Positions 25,748-38,070 of a stretch of DNA of 64,000 nt are shown here, piece after piece. The DNA is taken from NCBI RefSeq assembly GCF_036365525.1, contig NC_090378.1, positions 122,125,593 to 122,189,592 on the forward strand. The letters run 5' to 3'. Both the position numbers and the translations under genes were made by a program. The notes beneath the pieces are model-generated. The model saw nothing but the letters and a program-made list of their open reading frames with translations, had not been told where the DNA came from and did not search any database. Within the stretch, counting starts at the first letter, position 1. Each line of letters opens with the position of its first letter. This DNA comes from Heterodontus francisci. Lineage: Eukaryota.

Positions 25748-27070
25748 TATGGTTTTCCAGCATACGGCCCACGGGCCAGACTTCAGCCCTGCAAAGCACT
25801 TCGGTGGGCAGCTCTATTTTTGTGAGGATCCCCGACCCACACAACGTGGCTGTGCCCAGCGGGAGAGTGTCATTCACATCCTGTCTCTGTAATCCACATT
25901 GATGGAGAATGAACAGATGGGGAATGGGCAGCAGAGACAGGGGAGCCGGGATTGTAGGGCGGGGAGTGGAAAGCGAGGAGTGGAGCGTGGAGTGGGGATT
26001 GGAGAACGGACAGTGGGGAGTGGAGAGCGTGGAGTGGGGAGTGGTGAACGGACAGTGGGGAGTAGAGAGCGTGGAGTGGGGAGTGGAGAACGGACAGTGG
26101 GGAGTGGAGAGCGTGGAGTGGGGAGTGGAGAACGGACAGTGGGGAGTGGAGAGCGTGGAGTGGGGAGTGGAGAACGGACAGTGGGGAGTGGAGAGCGTGG
26201 AGTGGAGAACGGACAGTGGGGAGTGGGGAGCGTGGAGTGGAGAACGGACAGTGGGGAGTGGAGAGCGTGGAATGGGGAGTGGAGAAAGGACAGTGGGGAG
26301 TGGAGAGCGTGGAGTGGGAATGGAGAACGGACAGTGGGGAGTAGAGGCGTGGAGTGGGGAGTGGAGAACGGACAGTGGGGAGTGGAGAGCGTGGAGTGGG
26401 GAGTGGAGTGTGGGTAGTGGGGAGAGGAGAGTGGGCAGTGGAGAGTGGGCAGTGGAGAGCGGGAAGTGGAGGGTGGGGAGCAGGGATCAGGGACTGGGGA
26501 GCAGGCAGTGAGGAGGAGGGAATGAGAGACAAACAGAGAAAGAGAGCAGGGAGTAAGAGAAAGAAGGGGCAGAGAGAGAGGGAGAGAGAGAGACAGAGAG
26601 AGGGGATAGTGGGACAGACAGAGGGAGACTGATAGAGAGAGTGGGGAGACAGAGGTAGGGGAGAGGGTGGGACTGAGAGGGGGAGAGAGAGATGGAGGGG
26701 GGAAAGAGAGACAGAGAGATACAGAGAGCAAGAGGAGAGAGGAAGAAAGATCAATATCTCTCTGACACATGGACATCATTCTGGAATACACTGCATTGCT
26801 ACGTCAAGTGTGTGGGCAGAGATTGAGTATTAATGCAAGCAAAAACAATGTCAGGTAGGTCACTAAATCAATGTTCAACATAGTAATGAGAAAGTAAGTC
26901 AATAAATTACTTCTCATTTAAAGCTTCTTCATAAAAATGCACATTTGTTATAGTTTTCATACAAGGATACATTTTTAATGCCTTTATCGTCCGAAATGTT
27001 CTCACTGGCCCCCTACTGGAGGGTAAAAATTGTAATCTGGCCCCTGACACGAAAAGGTTGGACATCCCTG
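25748..27070. mobile_element. Putative non-autonomous hAT element carrying an internal G-rich minisatellite
   Basis: Clear right end ctggcccc...aaaaggttggacatccctg (27070). Degenerate left end ggttttccagcatacggcccacgggccaga with Charlie-type GGCCC subterminal motifs. Confidence 0.55.
25960..26750. repeat. 42-bp G-rich minisatellite followed by GA-rich low-complexity sequence
   Basis: Unit ggagtggggagtggagaacggacagtggggagtggagagcgt (14-aa periodicity GSGERGVGSGERTV) to about 26410, then a purine-rich tract. Confidence 0.9.
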
Positions 27071-28590
27071 CTATCAAATCACGAAAGTGGAAAGACGTGA
27101 TCGAGAAATGTCTACAGATTAATTCTGACACACTACAAGATCTTCACACCAATGTTCGAAATGAGCTCACTGTTACAACGACATCTGATCTCATATTACA
27201 CAACAACTGTATGGTCATTCCACACTCATTAAGAGAATGTGTTGTTGATAAAGGACACCAGGGAATAGTCACTAGCAAACAACTCCTTAGGCAAATGGTT
27301 TGGGTTCCAGGAATGAACTGCATGGTAGAGATAAAATCAATCAATGTTTACCATGTCAACTACCCACAATGTCAAATCTTCATGATCCTCTCGTGATGTC
27401 TGAACTACCTCCAGGACCAGGGATTGTGTCAGTGTTGATTTCACAGATTTACCCACAGGTGAACACCTGCTTGTTGTCACTGACGACTACAGCAGATTCC
27501 CAATCGTGGAATTAGTTAAGTCAACTCCAACAAAAGCAGTGATTCCAAAGCTTGACCAGATCTTTACCTTGTTTGGAATCCCTCAAACAGTAAGAAGTGA
27601 CAATGAACCCCCATTCAACAGCAATGAGTTCAGTAAATTCACAAACTACCTAGTGTTCACTCATAGGGAAATCACACCCCATTGGCCAAGAGCTAATGGA
27701 GAAGTCGAGACATTTATGTGAACCTTGAAAATAGTGATACGTACAGCTACAGCTGTGAACAAGTCATGGGAGCAAGAGTTATATCACTTTCTTCATAATT
27801 ACAGAGTGACTCCAAACTCAACTACTGGAAAACCTCCAGTTACTCTCATCTTTACACATCCTCTGTGCACACGTCTTCCTCAATTATCCTACGGAGATAA
27901 TGATCAACATATACATCAACACGATCGATATCAGAAGGATAGATTGAAGGTAAATGCAGAACGAAACATGAAACTTCGAGGCTACACCACTAAAACCAGG
28001 AGATAAAGTACTTGTGAAACGTGATGGTCATGTTGGAAAGCAAACAACCCCTTATAACATCCAACCATTTGTTGTGACCAACACAAAAGGATCAATGATC
28101 ACTGCTGAGCACGATTCACAAATTATCACAAGAAACGTGTCATTCTTCAAACACTGAAAACACCTCTCGTAAACATTGAATCCGATTTCAGCATCGACAC
28201 CTCCGATGAAGAACATGAGTTAAATGAAACTTCACCTGATGTCAGACAATATCCTACTTGTGAGAGAAAATGCCCATCATACATAGGTGACTATCTAACG
28301 AAGTGAACTATTTATGTGTAAGTTTATACTTTACATTTTTGGAAACAAACCATTGACACATACTACATCTCTCATTTACTGAGAAGGGGAGGAATGTCGT
28401 GTTGCAGTGTTTTGAAATTGCATTGTACATTTTGTTAACTTGAAGCCACTGTAGAACACACAGGCTAGCAAAGGGAAAGTGGAAATAAAACAGAATAAAG
28501 AAGAAGCCTTTGTGTTTAACAGCCTGCAGTCTCAGTCTCACATATCTCATCCTAAACTCGGCTAAACCTCACTAAGTCCCGAGGACATCA
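27071..28590 (+). mobile_element. Gypsy LTR retrotransposon remnant: integrase, polypurine tract and 3' LTR
   Basis: HQGIVTSKQLLRQMVWVPGM, C..CQ, FGIPQTVRSDNEPPFNSNEF, TPHWPRANGEVE and YRVTPNSTTGKPP, frameshifted. PPT gagaaggggaggaa (28381-28394) followed by TG...CA LTR of about 28395-28590 with AATAAA. Confidence 0.88.
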
Positions 28591-28599
28591 CTCTCCATT

Positions 28600-29010
28600 G
28601 GGCTGGAGTGGGCTGTGAGTGATTGGGCAGTGGAGAGGATCGTCACCCTCTTGGCATCGTGAGGGCAGAAGAACAGGGGGCGAGGCTGCCACAGACAATT
28701 GGGTGGCCATGTGACCAGCGGGAAGGCAGCCAGGCCTCTGGCTTTGCTGGACCATTATGTAAATCAAGTGCTCTGTGTTCTCCCACTCTGCAGTATGAGC
28801 ACTCAAACAGCGGCCACAGGAATGGCTGCCGTGGTGAGTTTAAATTGGACTCACACTTGAGCTGCCCCCCAAAACCCCCGTTATTGCATTAATTAACTGG
28901 TCACCACTGTGAAACCCGGAACTCATTTCTGTTTTCCCCCAGGGACGGGTTTGGGACCCGGAAACAGTCCCGACGTCCATTTCCTGCCCCCGATATGAAA
29001 ATCCAGCCCC
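28600..29010. mobile_element. Possible Harbinger-type transposon end
   Basis: GC-rich block ending in gaaaatccagcccc. A similar terminus (ggggctaaatttt) occurs at about 40253. Family assignment is from memory only. Confidence 0.3.
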
Positions 29011-29529
29011 ATCCACCTGATTGGAGAGATTCAAAGAGGGAAGTCTGGGGAAAATGGGCACAGAGTAATGAGGCAAAAATACATTCACACTTTGGAGAGG
29101 AAAGGGAGATTAGTGATGGGGTAGTTTACAAGGACACATTGGTTGAGTGTGGATTTTTTGAGGAGATGGTGATGGTGATGATGATGATTTTGAGAGCGAG
29201 GGGGTCATTACCTGTGGAAAGCCCGAACCTCTGATACCTGAACTCTCCCAGTGAAGCTTTCCCTCGGCTACTTTATCTCTCTCATCATGGCTCCAAACTG
29301 TAATCTGAATAATTCCAATGGTTTTCCCTCTGTTTCCTTGTTTTCCTGATTATTCCAAACATATTCCCCTCTGAGTCAGGACTATTTACCTGATCGATGC
29401 TGTAATTTTTCTGTCACTACTTTCCATTAATGTCATCAGCTTTTACCATCGAATCCGAGAATCACACAACACTGTAGGAGGCCATTCAGCCCCTCCGGCC
29501 TGTTGTTGGAATCTGCTTTGATCTACATT

Positions 29530-29878
29530 TTAAAAATTCTTTCTTGGGATGTGGGTGCCGCTGGCCAGGCCAGCATTTATTGCCCATCCCTAATTGCCCT
29601 TGAGAAGGTGGTGGTGAGCTGCCTTCTTGAACTGCTGCAGTCCGTGTGGTGTAGGTGAACCCACAGTGCTGTTAGGAAGGGAGTTCCAGGATTTTGACCC
29701 AGTGACAGTGAAGGAACAGCGATATAGTTCCAGGTCAGGATGGTGTGTGGATTGGAGGGGAAATTACAGGTGGTGCTGTTCCCATGTATTTGCTGCCCTT
29801 GTCCTTCTTGGTGGTAGAGTTCGTGGGTTTGGAAGGTTCTGTCTAAGGAGACTTGGTGCGTTGCTGCAGTGCATCTTG
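29530..29878 (-). mobile_element. CR1-clade LINE 3' fragment (same family as 18452-19303)
   Basis: Reverse complement of 19020-19290. Near-identical spurious ORFs MNCCSPCGVG... occur at 19023-19205 and 29627-29971. Confidence 0.9.
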
Positions 29879-29879
29879 T

Positions 29880-32800
29880 TTATTTTGAAGGAAGCCTTTA
29901 TACCCCAGGCCCCTGTTATTTTGCTGAGGGGGCCTTTATTGCTCAGGTCCCCTTTAAAATGCATTTTATAAAATAACTTTATTAAAAACAGATAAATAGA
30001 ACAAAAATCTAATTAAAATGCCATTCTCAGCATTGATGATGCACTCCAGCCCCTGCGGTGACCACGGGTCGCAGAAGGCCTCGATCGAACCCGCGGACAC
30101 TGCTTGCTCCTTCTCCAGGGACACCCGGGCGCGAACATAACTTGGGAAGAGGAGCAGGCAATCAGGGCGGATGGACCCCCTGACGGTCCGCAGCCTGGAC
30201 CTGTGAATTGCCACCTTGGCCAGGCCCAGGAGCAGACCGATGAGGAGATCCTTCCCCCGGCCCACGCCCCTCCGCTCCGGGTGGCCAAAGATCAGGAGCG
30301 TGGGACTGAAGTGCAGCCAAAACTTGAGGAGCAGCCCCTTCAAATACTCAAAGACGGGCAGCAACCTCGCACATTCCATATAAACATGGAACACAAACTT
30401 GTCCAGGCTGCAGAAATTACAGGCGGCCTGGGGGTCCGTGAACCTACTTAAAAGACTAGTGCATGGGACTGCCCTGTGCAGCACCCTCCACCCCAGGTCC
30501 CCCATGTAAAGGGGGAAGAGTCCTGCTTAGAGAGACCTCCACTGTGGTTTCCCCTCGCTGCCAGATGTCAACACGGATTGCCAGGCCGTGTCCAGCCCGC
30601 TGACGAGGGCGAGGAAGTAGAGAGTGTGCAGGAATAGCCTGTACAGGAAACACCTCCACGCCGATTGGAATGGCACGGAGGGCATTTCCAAGAAGCGGCT
30701 TGGTTTGTGCGAGACCGGCTCCCGAGGACGGTTTTGGGGCCTGGGTCCGATGAGCAGTTCCGCCAAATGGGGCTCAGTTCTGCTGGGAACGCTTCCAAGT
30801 CCCCTCGTCACCTGCAATGAGGGGCGTCCCAGAGGCTTCAGCTACTCCTTCACCCGTTGGTCCATCGCCGGAGTTGGCCACCCGGACAGCCGAGGCGCTC
30901 TCCTCCGCCGACGGGGGAACGCGCTGACTGGAGGCGAACATGTTCCAGACTCTGAATAGATCCCGGTAAAAGACAGGCAACTCCCTCAGAGAGGCACAGC
31001 TAACGTTCTCCAGTGGGAGCTGCGTGTTGTCTTGAAGGCAGTGCCCTTGGCAGCACACCCCATCTGGGAGGCAGCTCCGCGTACAGGGTTTGAAGGCGGA
31101 GCGTCACAGCCTGGGTCCGGACGCACACCAGCGACTGGCCGCCCTCCTCAATTGGGAGACTCAGGACCGCAGCAGAGACCCAGTGTTTCCTCTTGCCCCA
31201 GAAGAAATCGACGAGCTTCTTCTGGATCTTGGTGGCAAATGCAGGAGGTGGAGCCAAAATGGCCAACCATACCACAGCATCAAGGCCACCAGTTGGTTTA
31301 TGACCAGCGCACGGCCCCTGTCGGAAAGCACTCGGAGCAGTCCTGTCCAGCGCCCCAGCCAACTGGTGACTTTCGCCTCCAATTCCTGCCACTTTGCCGG
31401 CCAGGCTTCCTCAGTGGGGCTAAGTTGGACTCCCAGATAGAGGAGGTGCGTGTTGCTCCACGCAAAAGGTGTCAACTCCTCTGGCAGTGAGTCGACCCGC
31501 CACTGACCCACCAGGAATCTGGAATATTTCTCCCAACTGATCCTTGCGGAGGACATGGGAAAGGTCTGCCGGCAGTCACGCATCCTCCGCAAGTCAATGG
31601 GACCTATGATCGTGAGGAGCACGTCATCGGCGTAAGCCAAGAGGACAACCCGCATGGCCAGCCCTTCAACTTCCTGTGAAGCAAGCAAAGGAATGGCTCC
31701 ACACAGATGGTGTACAATTGGCTGGAAATGAGGCATCCCTGGCGCACTCCTCTCCCAAAGCGAAGGGGCGCCGTCAAGGACCAGTTAACTTTGACCAGAC
31801 ACTCTGCAGCGACGTATAAAAGTCATACCCGGGCCACAAAATGCGGCCCAAGTCTGAATGTGCGCAGAGTCCTGAAAAGGTATTCTTGATCCACCCTGTC
31901 GAACGCCTTCTCCTGATCAAGGGAGAGAAAGGCGATCAACAGAGCAATCCTCTGGAAAAGCTGGATCAGGTCTCGGACGAGGAGGATGTTGTCCTGGATG
32001 GACCGGCCCGGAATATTGTAGAACTGGTCGGGGTGGATCATGTGGGCCAGCACAGAGCCCAGGCTGGTACTGAGGACGGAGACCGGACTTTAAGCAAGTG
32101 GAGATTGCGCCTCTTCAGCAGCAGGATGATGACCGACCTGCACCACGAGAGGGGCATCTCGCCGGTCGCCTGGCTTTCCACCAAGGCCCACACGTAATCG
32201 TCCCCCAGAACCCATGCATAATCGTCCCCCAGGACGTCCCAGAACATCCTGAGGAACTCCACGGTCAGCCGATCCAGCCCCAGGGAATTGCCCTTCGAGA
32301 GCTGGTGCAGGGCACCAGTCAGCTCTGCCAACGTGAGCGGAGCCTCCAATCCTTTGGCACCGTCCGGGCTGACCTGCGGCAGGTCCTCACACAAAACTCT
32401 GCTTGTATCCTCATTGGATGGATCCGGAGAGAATAACACACTGTAATAGGTGCGGACAAGGAGGCCCATTCCCTCCGGATCCGTGATGGAGGATCCGTCA
32501 TCAGCCAGCAGCTCAATGAGCTGCTTAATGACGCCCCGCCATTTTTCCAGCGAGTAGAAGAAGGGTGAGACGTGGTCCAAATCTTCCAGTATCTGGATCC
32601 ACGACCTCATGTACACGCCTCGGACTCTACGAGCTGCAGGTTCCTCAGCGCACCCTTCTTCTCTTTGTACACCTGCCACAGGGCCGGGTCCCTGACGTCA
32701 TGACCGAAGCGGGACTCCAAGTCGAGCATCTCCCTCCCTCAGTGCCCGATCTCGGCTTCCCGCCTCTTGGTTGACACCTTCACGTACCCCTGACAGAAGA

Positions 32801-33000
32801 CACGGATGTGAGTGTTGCCCACATCCTACCATAGCGTCAAGGAGGGGAAGCCCCCCCTGCTTCCTTCTCCAGTCGGCCCAGAATCGATGGAACGAATCCT
32901 GGAATTGCTCATCCTCCAGCAATCGGTTGTTAAAGTGCCAGTACGTGGACCCTGCCCTCATGCTGAGTGGAATGAACTCCAACCACACCAGGTGGTTCTG
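29880..33000 (-). mobile_element. Tx1/L1-clade non-LTR retrotransposon ORF2, frameshifted and 5'-truncated
   Basis: Colinear minus-strand motifs YWHFNNRLLEDEQF, GLDRLTVEFLRMFWDVLG, IHPDQFY.IPGRSIQDN, SLDQEKAFDRVD, LAYADD, YLGV and a C-terminal CNFC...HVYMEC zinc knuckle. Confidence 0.93.
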
Positions 33001-33104
33001 TCCTTGGGCAGCTCCATCTGGACATTGTGTTCTGTCCCAGAGCAGAGTCTTGGGATCCCATGGAAGAAGTGGGAGAAATAGCAATGATGGCAGTTGTTGG
33101 CACA

Positions 33105-33450
33105 CCCAATGATTAGAAGGACCTTGGCAGTGTGCATATAGATTTTATAGAATCTCTTCCAACTTCCAGCAGTGGGAATAAATACTGTTTATTCTGGTTG
33201 ATAACTTCACCAAATGGGTTGAGGCAGTTCCATGTAACGCAGCTACCCACTGAACTATCTCGAAAATCCTGGTGAAGGAGATATTCTCCAGAAGGTGACT
33301 ACCACGGATCATGGGATCAGATCAGGAAAGACACTTTACTGGAAAGGGAATGCCAGTGACTTTGAAACTGCTGGATATTGAAGGGAAATAGCACATAAAT
33401 CATAATCCACAGTCCTCAGTAATTGTAGAGCACATGAATAAAACCCATTT
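33105..33450 (+). mobile_element. Retroviral/LTR-element integrase core remnant
   Basis: GPWQ..HIDFIESLPTSSSGNKYC..LVDNFTKWVEAVP...KILVKEIFSR..LP....SDQ..HFTG...HNPQSS.IVEHMNKT, with stops and frameshifts. Confidence 0.8.
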
Positions 33451-33459
33451 GGCCCGTCA

Positions 33460-36400
33460 TTTCTGTGAACACCTGGAAAGCATAAATGGGATTGGACAAA
33501 GTCAGCATGGGTTTACGGAAGGGAGATCATGCTTATCAAATCGACTGGAGTTTTTTGAGGCTGTAACTCGTAGAATAGATAAGGATGATAAGGATAATAG
33601 ATAATAGATAACCAGTGGATGTGGTGTATTTGGATTTTCAGAAGGCTTTTGATAAGGTCCCACGTAAGAGGTTCGTGGGCAAAATTAAAGCACATGGGAT
33701 TGGGGGTAATATATTGGCATGGAATGAGAATTGGTTTACAGACAGGAAACAGAGAGTAGGAATAAATGGGTGTTTTCCGAGTGGCAGGCAGTGACTAGTG
33801 GGGTATGGCAGGGATCAGTGCTTGGGCCCCAGCTATTCACAATATCTATTAATGACTTGGGTGAGGGAACTAAATGTTTCCAAGTTTGCAGACGACACAA
33901 AGCTGGAGGAGGGGGGCAGGGGGTGGGGTGCGAGTGATCTGTGAGAAGGATGCAAAGAGGCTTCAATGTGATTTGCACAAGTTGGATGAATGGGCAAATG
34001 CATGGCAGATGCAGTATAATGTGGATAAATGTGAAGTAATCCACTTTGGTTGTAATAATAGAAAGGCAGATTATCTGTATGGTGATAGATTGGGTAAGGG
34101 GAAGGTGCAACGAGACATGGGTGTCCTTGTGCACCAGTCACTGAAAGCAAGCATTCAGGTGCTGCAAGCAGTTAGGAAGGCAAATGGTATGTTGGCCTTC
34201 ATTGCAAGAGGATTTGAGTACCGGAGTAAGGATGTCTTACTGCAGACGAGAGTGGTCCTAAAGGAAGGGTGCTAAATTGGGGGAAGGCCAACTATACCAA
34301 AATTCGGCAGGAGCTGGGGAATGTAGATTGGGAGCAGCTGTTTGAAGGTAAATCCACTTTTGATATGTGGGAGGCTTTTAAAGGGAGGTTGATTAGCATA
34401 CAGGAGAGACATGTTCCTGTGAAAATGAGGGGTAGAAATGGCAAGATTAGGGAACCATGGATGACAGATGAAATTGTGAGACTAGCTAAGAGGAAAAAGG
34501 AAGCACACATAAGGTCTAGGCGGCTGAAGAAAGACGAAGCTTTGAAAGAATATCGGGATTGTAGGCGCAATCTGAAACGAGGAATTAAGAGGGCTAAAAG
34601 GGGTCATGAAATATCTTTAGCAAACAGGGTGAAGGAAAATCCCAAAGCCTTTTATTCATATATAAGGAGCAAGAGGGTAACTAGAGAAAGGATTGGCCCA
34701 CTCAAGGACAAAGGAGGAAAGTTATGCGTGGAGTCAGAGAAAATGGGTGAGATTCTAAACGAGTACTTTGCATCGGTATTCACCGAGGAGAGGGACATGA
34801 CGGATGTTGAGGTTAGGGACAGATGTTTGATTACTCTAGGTCAAGTCGGCATAAGGAGGGAGGAAGTGTTGGGTATTCTAAAAGGCATTAAGGTGGACAA
34901 GTCCCCAGGTCCGGATGGGATCTATCCCAGGTTACTGTGGGAAGCGAGAGAGGAAATAGTTGGGGCCTTAACAGATATCTTTGCAACATCCTTAAACACG
35001 GGTGAGGTCCCGGAGGACTGGAGAATTGCTAATGTTGTCCCCTTGCTTAAGAAGGGTAGCAGGGAAAATCCAGGTAATTATAGACCGGTGAGCCTGACGT
35101 CAGTGGTAGGGAAGCTGCTGGAGAAGATACTGAGGGATAGGATCTATTCCCATCTGGAAGAAAATGGGCTTATCAGTGATAGGCAACATGGTTTTGTGCA
35201 GGGAAGGTCATGTCTTACCAACTTAATAGAATTCTTTGAGGAAGTGACAAAGTTGATTGATGAGGGAAGGGCTGTAGATGTCATATACATGGACTTCAGT
35301 AAGGCGTTTGATAAGGTTCCCCATGGTAGGCTGATGGAGAAAGTGAAGGCGCATGGGGTCCAAGGTGTACTAGCTAGATGGATAAAGAACTGGCTGGGCA
35401 ACAGGAGACAGAGAGTAGCAGTAGAAGGGAGTTTCTCAAAATGGAGACGTGTGACCAGTGGTGTTCCACAGGGATCCGTGCTGGGACCACTGTTGTTTGT
35501 GATATACATAAATGATTTGGAGGAAAGTATAGGTGGTCTGATTAGCAAGTTTGCAGACGACACTAAGATTGGTGGAGTAGCAGATACTGAAGGGGACTGT
35601 CAGAGAATACAGCAGAATATAGATAGACTGGAGAGTTGGGCAGAGAAATGGCAGATGGAGTTCAATCAGGGCAAATGCGAGGTGATGAATTTTGGAAGAT
35701 CCAATTCAAGAGTGAACTATACAGTAAATGGAAAAGTCCTGGGGAAAATTGATGTACAGAGAGATTTGGGTGTTCAGGTCCATTGTTCCCTGAAGGTGGC
35801 AACGCAGGTCAATAGAGTGGTCAAGAAGGCATACGGCATGCTTTCCTTCATCGGACGGGGTATTGAGTACAAGAGTTGGCAGGTCATGTTACAGTTGTAT
35901 AGGACTTTGGTTCGGCCACATTTGGAATACTGCGTGCAGTTCTGGTCGCCACATTACCAAAAGGATGTGGATGCTTTGGAGAGGGTGCAGAGGAGGTTCA
36001 CCAGGATGTTGCCTGGTATGGAGGGCGCTAGCTATGAAGAGAGGTTGAGTAGATTAGGATTATTTTCATTAGAAAGACGGAGGTTGAGGGGGGACCTGAT
36101 TGAGGTGTACAAAATCATGAGAGGTGTAGACAGGGTGGATAGCAAGAAGCTTTTTCCCAGAATGGGGGATTCAATTACAAGGGGACACGAGTTCAAAGTG
36201 AAAGGGGAAAAGTTTAGGGGGGATATGAGTGGAAAGTTCTTTACGCAGAGGGTGGTGGGTGCATGGAATGCATTACCAGCGGAGGTGGTAGACGCGGGCA
36301 CGATAGCGTCTTTTAAGATGTATCTAGACAGATACATGAATGGGCAGGAAGTAAAGAGATACAGACCCTTAGAAAATAGGCGACAGGTTTAGATAGAGGA

Positions 36401-37066
36401 TTTGGATCGGCGTCGGCTTGGAGGGCCGAAGGGCCTGTTCCTGTGCTGTAATTTTCTTTGTTCTTTGTTCTTTGTTCTTTATACAGGGCCTTGGTGAGAC
36501 CACGTCTGGAGTATATTGTGCAGTTTTGGTCTCCTCATCTGAGGAAGATGTTCTTGCCATGGAGGGAGTGCAAAGAAGATTTACTAGGCTGATTCCTGGA
36601 ATGGCAGGATTGACGTATGATGAGAGAATGGATCGACTAGGCCTATATTCACTAGAGTTTAGAAGAATGAGAGGGGATCTCATAGAAACCTATAAAATTC
36701 TAACAGGACTAGACAGGCTCGATGCAGGTAGGATGTTCCTGATGGCTGGGGAGTCCAGAACCAGGGGTCACAGTCTCAGGATATGGAGTATGGCATTTAG
36801 AACCGAGATGAGGAGAAATTTCTTCACTCAGAGGGTGGTGAACCTGTGGAATTCTCTACCGCAGAAGGCAATGGAGGCCAAGTCATTAAAATATATTCAA
36901 GAAGGAGAAAAATATATTTCTGAATGCCAAAGGGATCAAGGGATATGGAGAGAAAGTGGGAACAGGAAACTGAATTAAACTATCAGCCATGATCTTTTTT
37001 GAATGGCGGAGCAGGCCTGAAGGGCCGAATGGCCTATTCCTGCTCCTATTTTCTATGTTTCTATGT
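33460..37066 (+). mobile_element. Older CR1 LINE (33460-34245 and 36481-37066) split by a younger CR1
   Basis: Reading ...EYRSKDVLLQ | LYRALVRP... continues across the insertion (ctgcag ... ttatacagggccttggtgagacc). 3' tail tttctatgtttctatg at about 37066. Confidence 0.9.
34269..36392 (+). CDS. Uninterrupted CR1 ORF2 portion (reverse transcriptase and C-terminus) of a young 5'-truncated element spanning about 34246-36480
   Basis: 707-aa open frame with KSPGPDGIYPR, NYRPVSLTS, QHGF, DFSKAFDKV, GVPQGSVLGP and FADD. No endonuclease domain or native start. Tail (ttctttg)n. Confidence 0.92.
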   Translation: MLNWGKANYTKIRQELGNVDWEQLFEGKSTFDMWEAFKGRLISIQERHVPVKMRGRNGKIREPWMTDEIVRLAKRKKEAHIRSRRLKKDEALKEYRDCRRNLKRGIKRAKRGHEISLANRVKENPKAFYSYIRSKRVTRERIGPLKDKGGKLCVESEKMGEILNEYFASVFTEERDMTDVEVRDRCLITLGQVGIRREEVLGILKGIKVDKSPGPDGIYPRLLWEAREEIVGALTDIFATSLNTGEVPEDWRIANVVPLLKKGSRENPGNYRPVSLTSVVGKLLEKILRDRIYSHLEENGLISDRQHGFVQGRSCLTNLIEFFEEVTKLIDEGRAVDVIYMDFSKAFDKVPHGRLMEKVKAHGVQGVLARWIKNWLGNRRQRVAVEGSFSKWRRVTSGVPQGSVLGPLLFVIYINDLEESIGGLISKFADDTKIGGVADTEGDCQRIQQNIDRLESWAEKWQMEFNQGKCEVMNFGRSNSRVNYTVNGKVLGKIDVQRDLGVQVHCSLKVATQVNRVVKKAYGMLSFIGRGIEYKSWQVMLQLYRTLVRPHLEYCVQFWSPHYQKDVDALERVQRRFTRMLPGMEGASYEERLSRLGLFSLERRRLRGDLIEVYKIMRGVDRVDSKKLFPRMGDSITRGHEFKVKGEKFRGDMSGKFFTQRVVGAWNALPAEVVDAGTIASFKMYLDRYMNGQEVKRYRPLENRRQV

Positions 37067-37154
37067 GCTGGTTCTCAGAATGAGCAATTCAGAGTGTGCC
37101 ACACTCCCGCCTTCTCCCCGTAGCCCTGCACATTCTTCCTTTTCAGACAATAAT

Positions 37155-38070
37155 AAAAAGGCAGTGGAAGCAGAGTCCTTAAATATTTTTAAGGCAGAGG
37201 GAGATAGATTCTTGATAAGGAAGAGGGAGAAAGGTTCTCAGACGGAGGTGGGAATGTGGAGTCGTGGTTACAATCAGATCAGCCATGATCTTATTGAATA
37301 GTGCAGCAGGCTCGAGGGGCCGAGTGGCCTCCTCCTGCTCCTAATTCCTATGTTCGGATGCTTGTATCTGTTTCCACCACACTCTCAGACAGTGCATTTC
37401 AGATTCTAACCACTCGCTGTGTGAAAAGGTTTTCTTCATGTCTCCATTGCTTCTTTTGCCGATTATCTTAAATCTGTGCCCTCTGGTTCTCGATCCTTCC
37501 TTCAGTGGGAACAGTTTCTCTCTATCTGCTCTGTCCAGACCTCTCATGATTTTGAATACCTCGATCAAATCCCCTCTCAGCCCCAGCTTCTCCAATCTAT
37601 CTACATAACTGAAGTTCCTCGTTCCTGGAACTATTCTTGTGAATCTTTTCTGCACCCTCTCTAATGCCTTCACATCCTTCCTTTCGTGTGGTGCTCAGAA
37701 CTGGATGCAATGCTCCAGTTGACGATGAACCGGTGTTTTATACATGTTTAACATAACTTCCTTGCTTTTGTACTCTGTGCCCTTACTGATAAAACTTAGG
37801 ATGATGTCTGCTTTATTAACCACCCTCACAACCTGTCCTGCCACTGCACTGATTTACACACATATACACCCAGGTCCCTCTGTTACTGCACCCACTTTAG
37901 AATCTTACCCTTTATTTTATATTGTTTCTCCACATTCTTTCTACCGAAATAAATCACTTCACACATTTCTACATTAAATTTCATCTGCCACTTGTCTGCC
38001 CATTCCACCAACCTGTCTATGTGCTTTGGAAGTTCTACACTATCCTCCTCACAATTCACAATGCTTCCAA
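37155..38070. mobile_element. Two CR1 3' fragments (37155-37352 on +, 37370-38070 on -)
   Basis: KAVEAESLNIFKAE on +. ALERVQKRFTR...GDLIEVFKIM and WADKWQMKFNV on -. Confidence 0.88.

Noticed and set aside
25960-26470. G-rich repeats as an Ig switch-like region
   Set aside because: No AGCT pentamers, light-chain loci do not class-switch, and the repeat appears internal to a hAT element.
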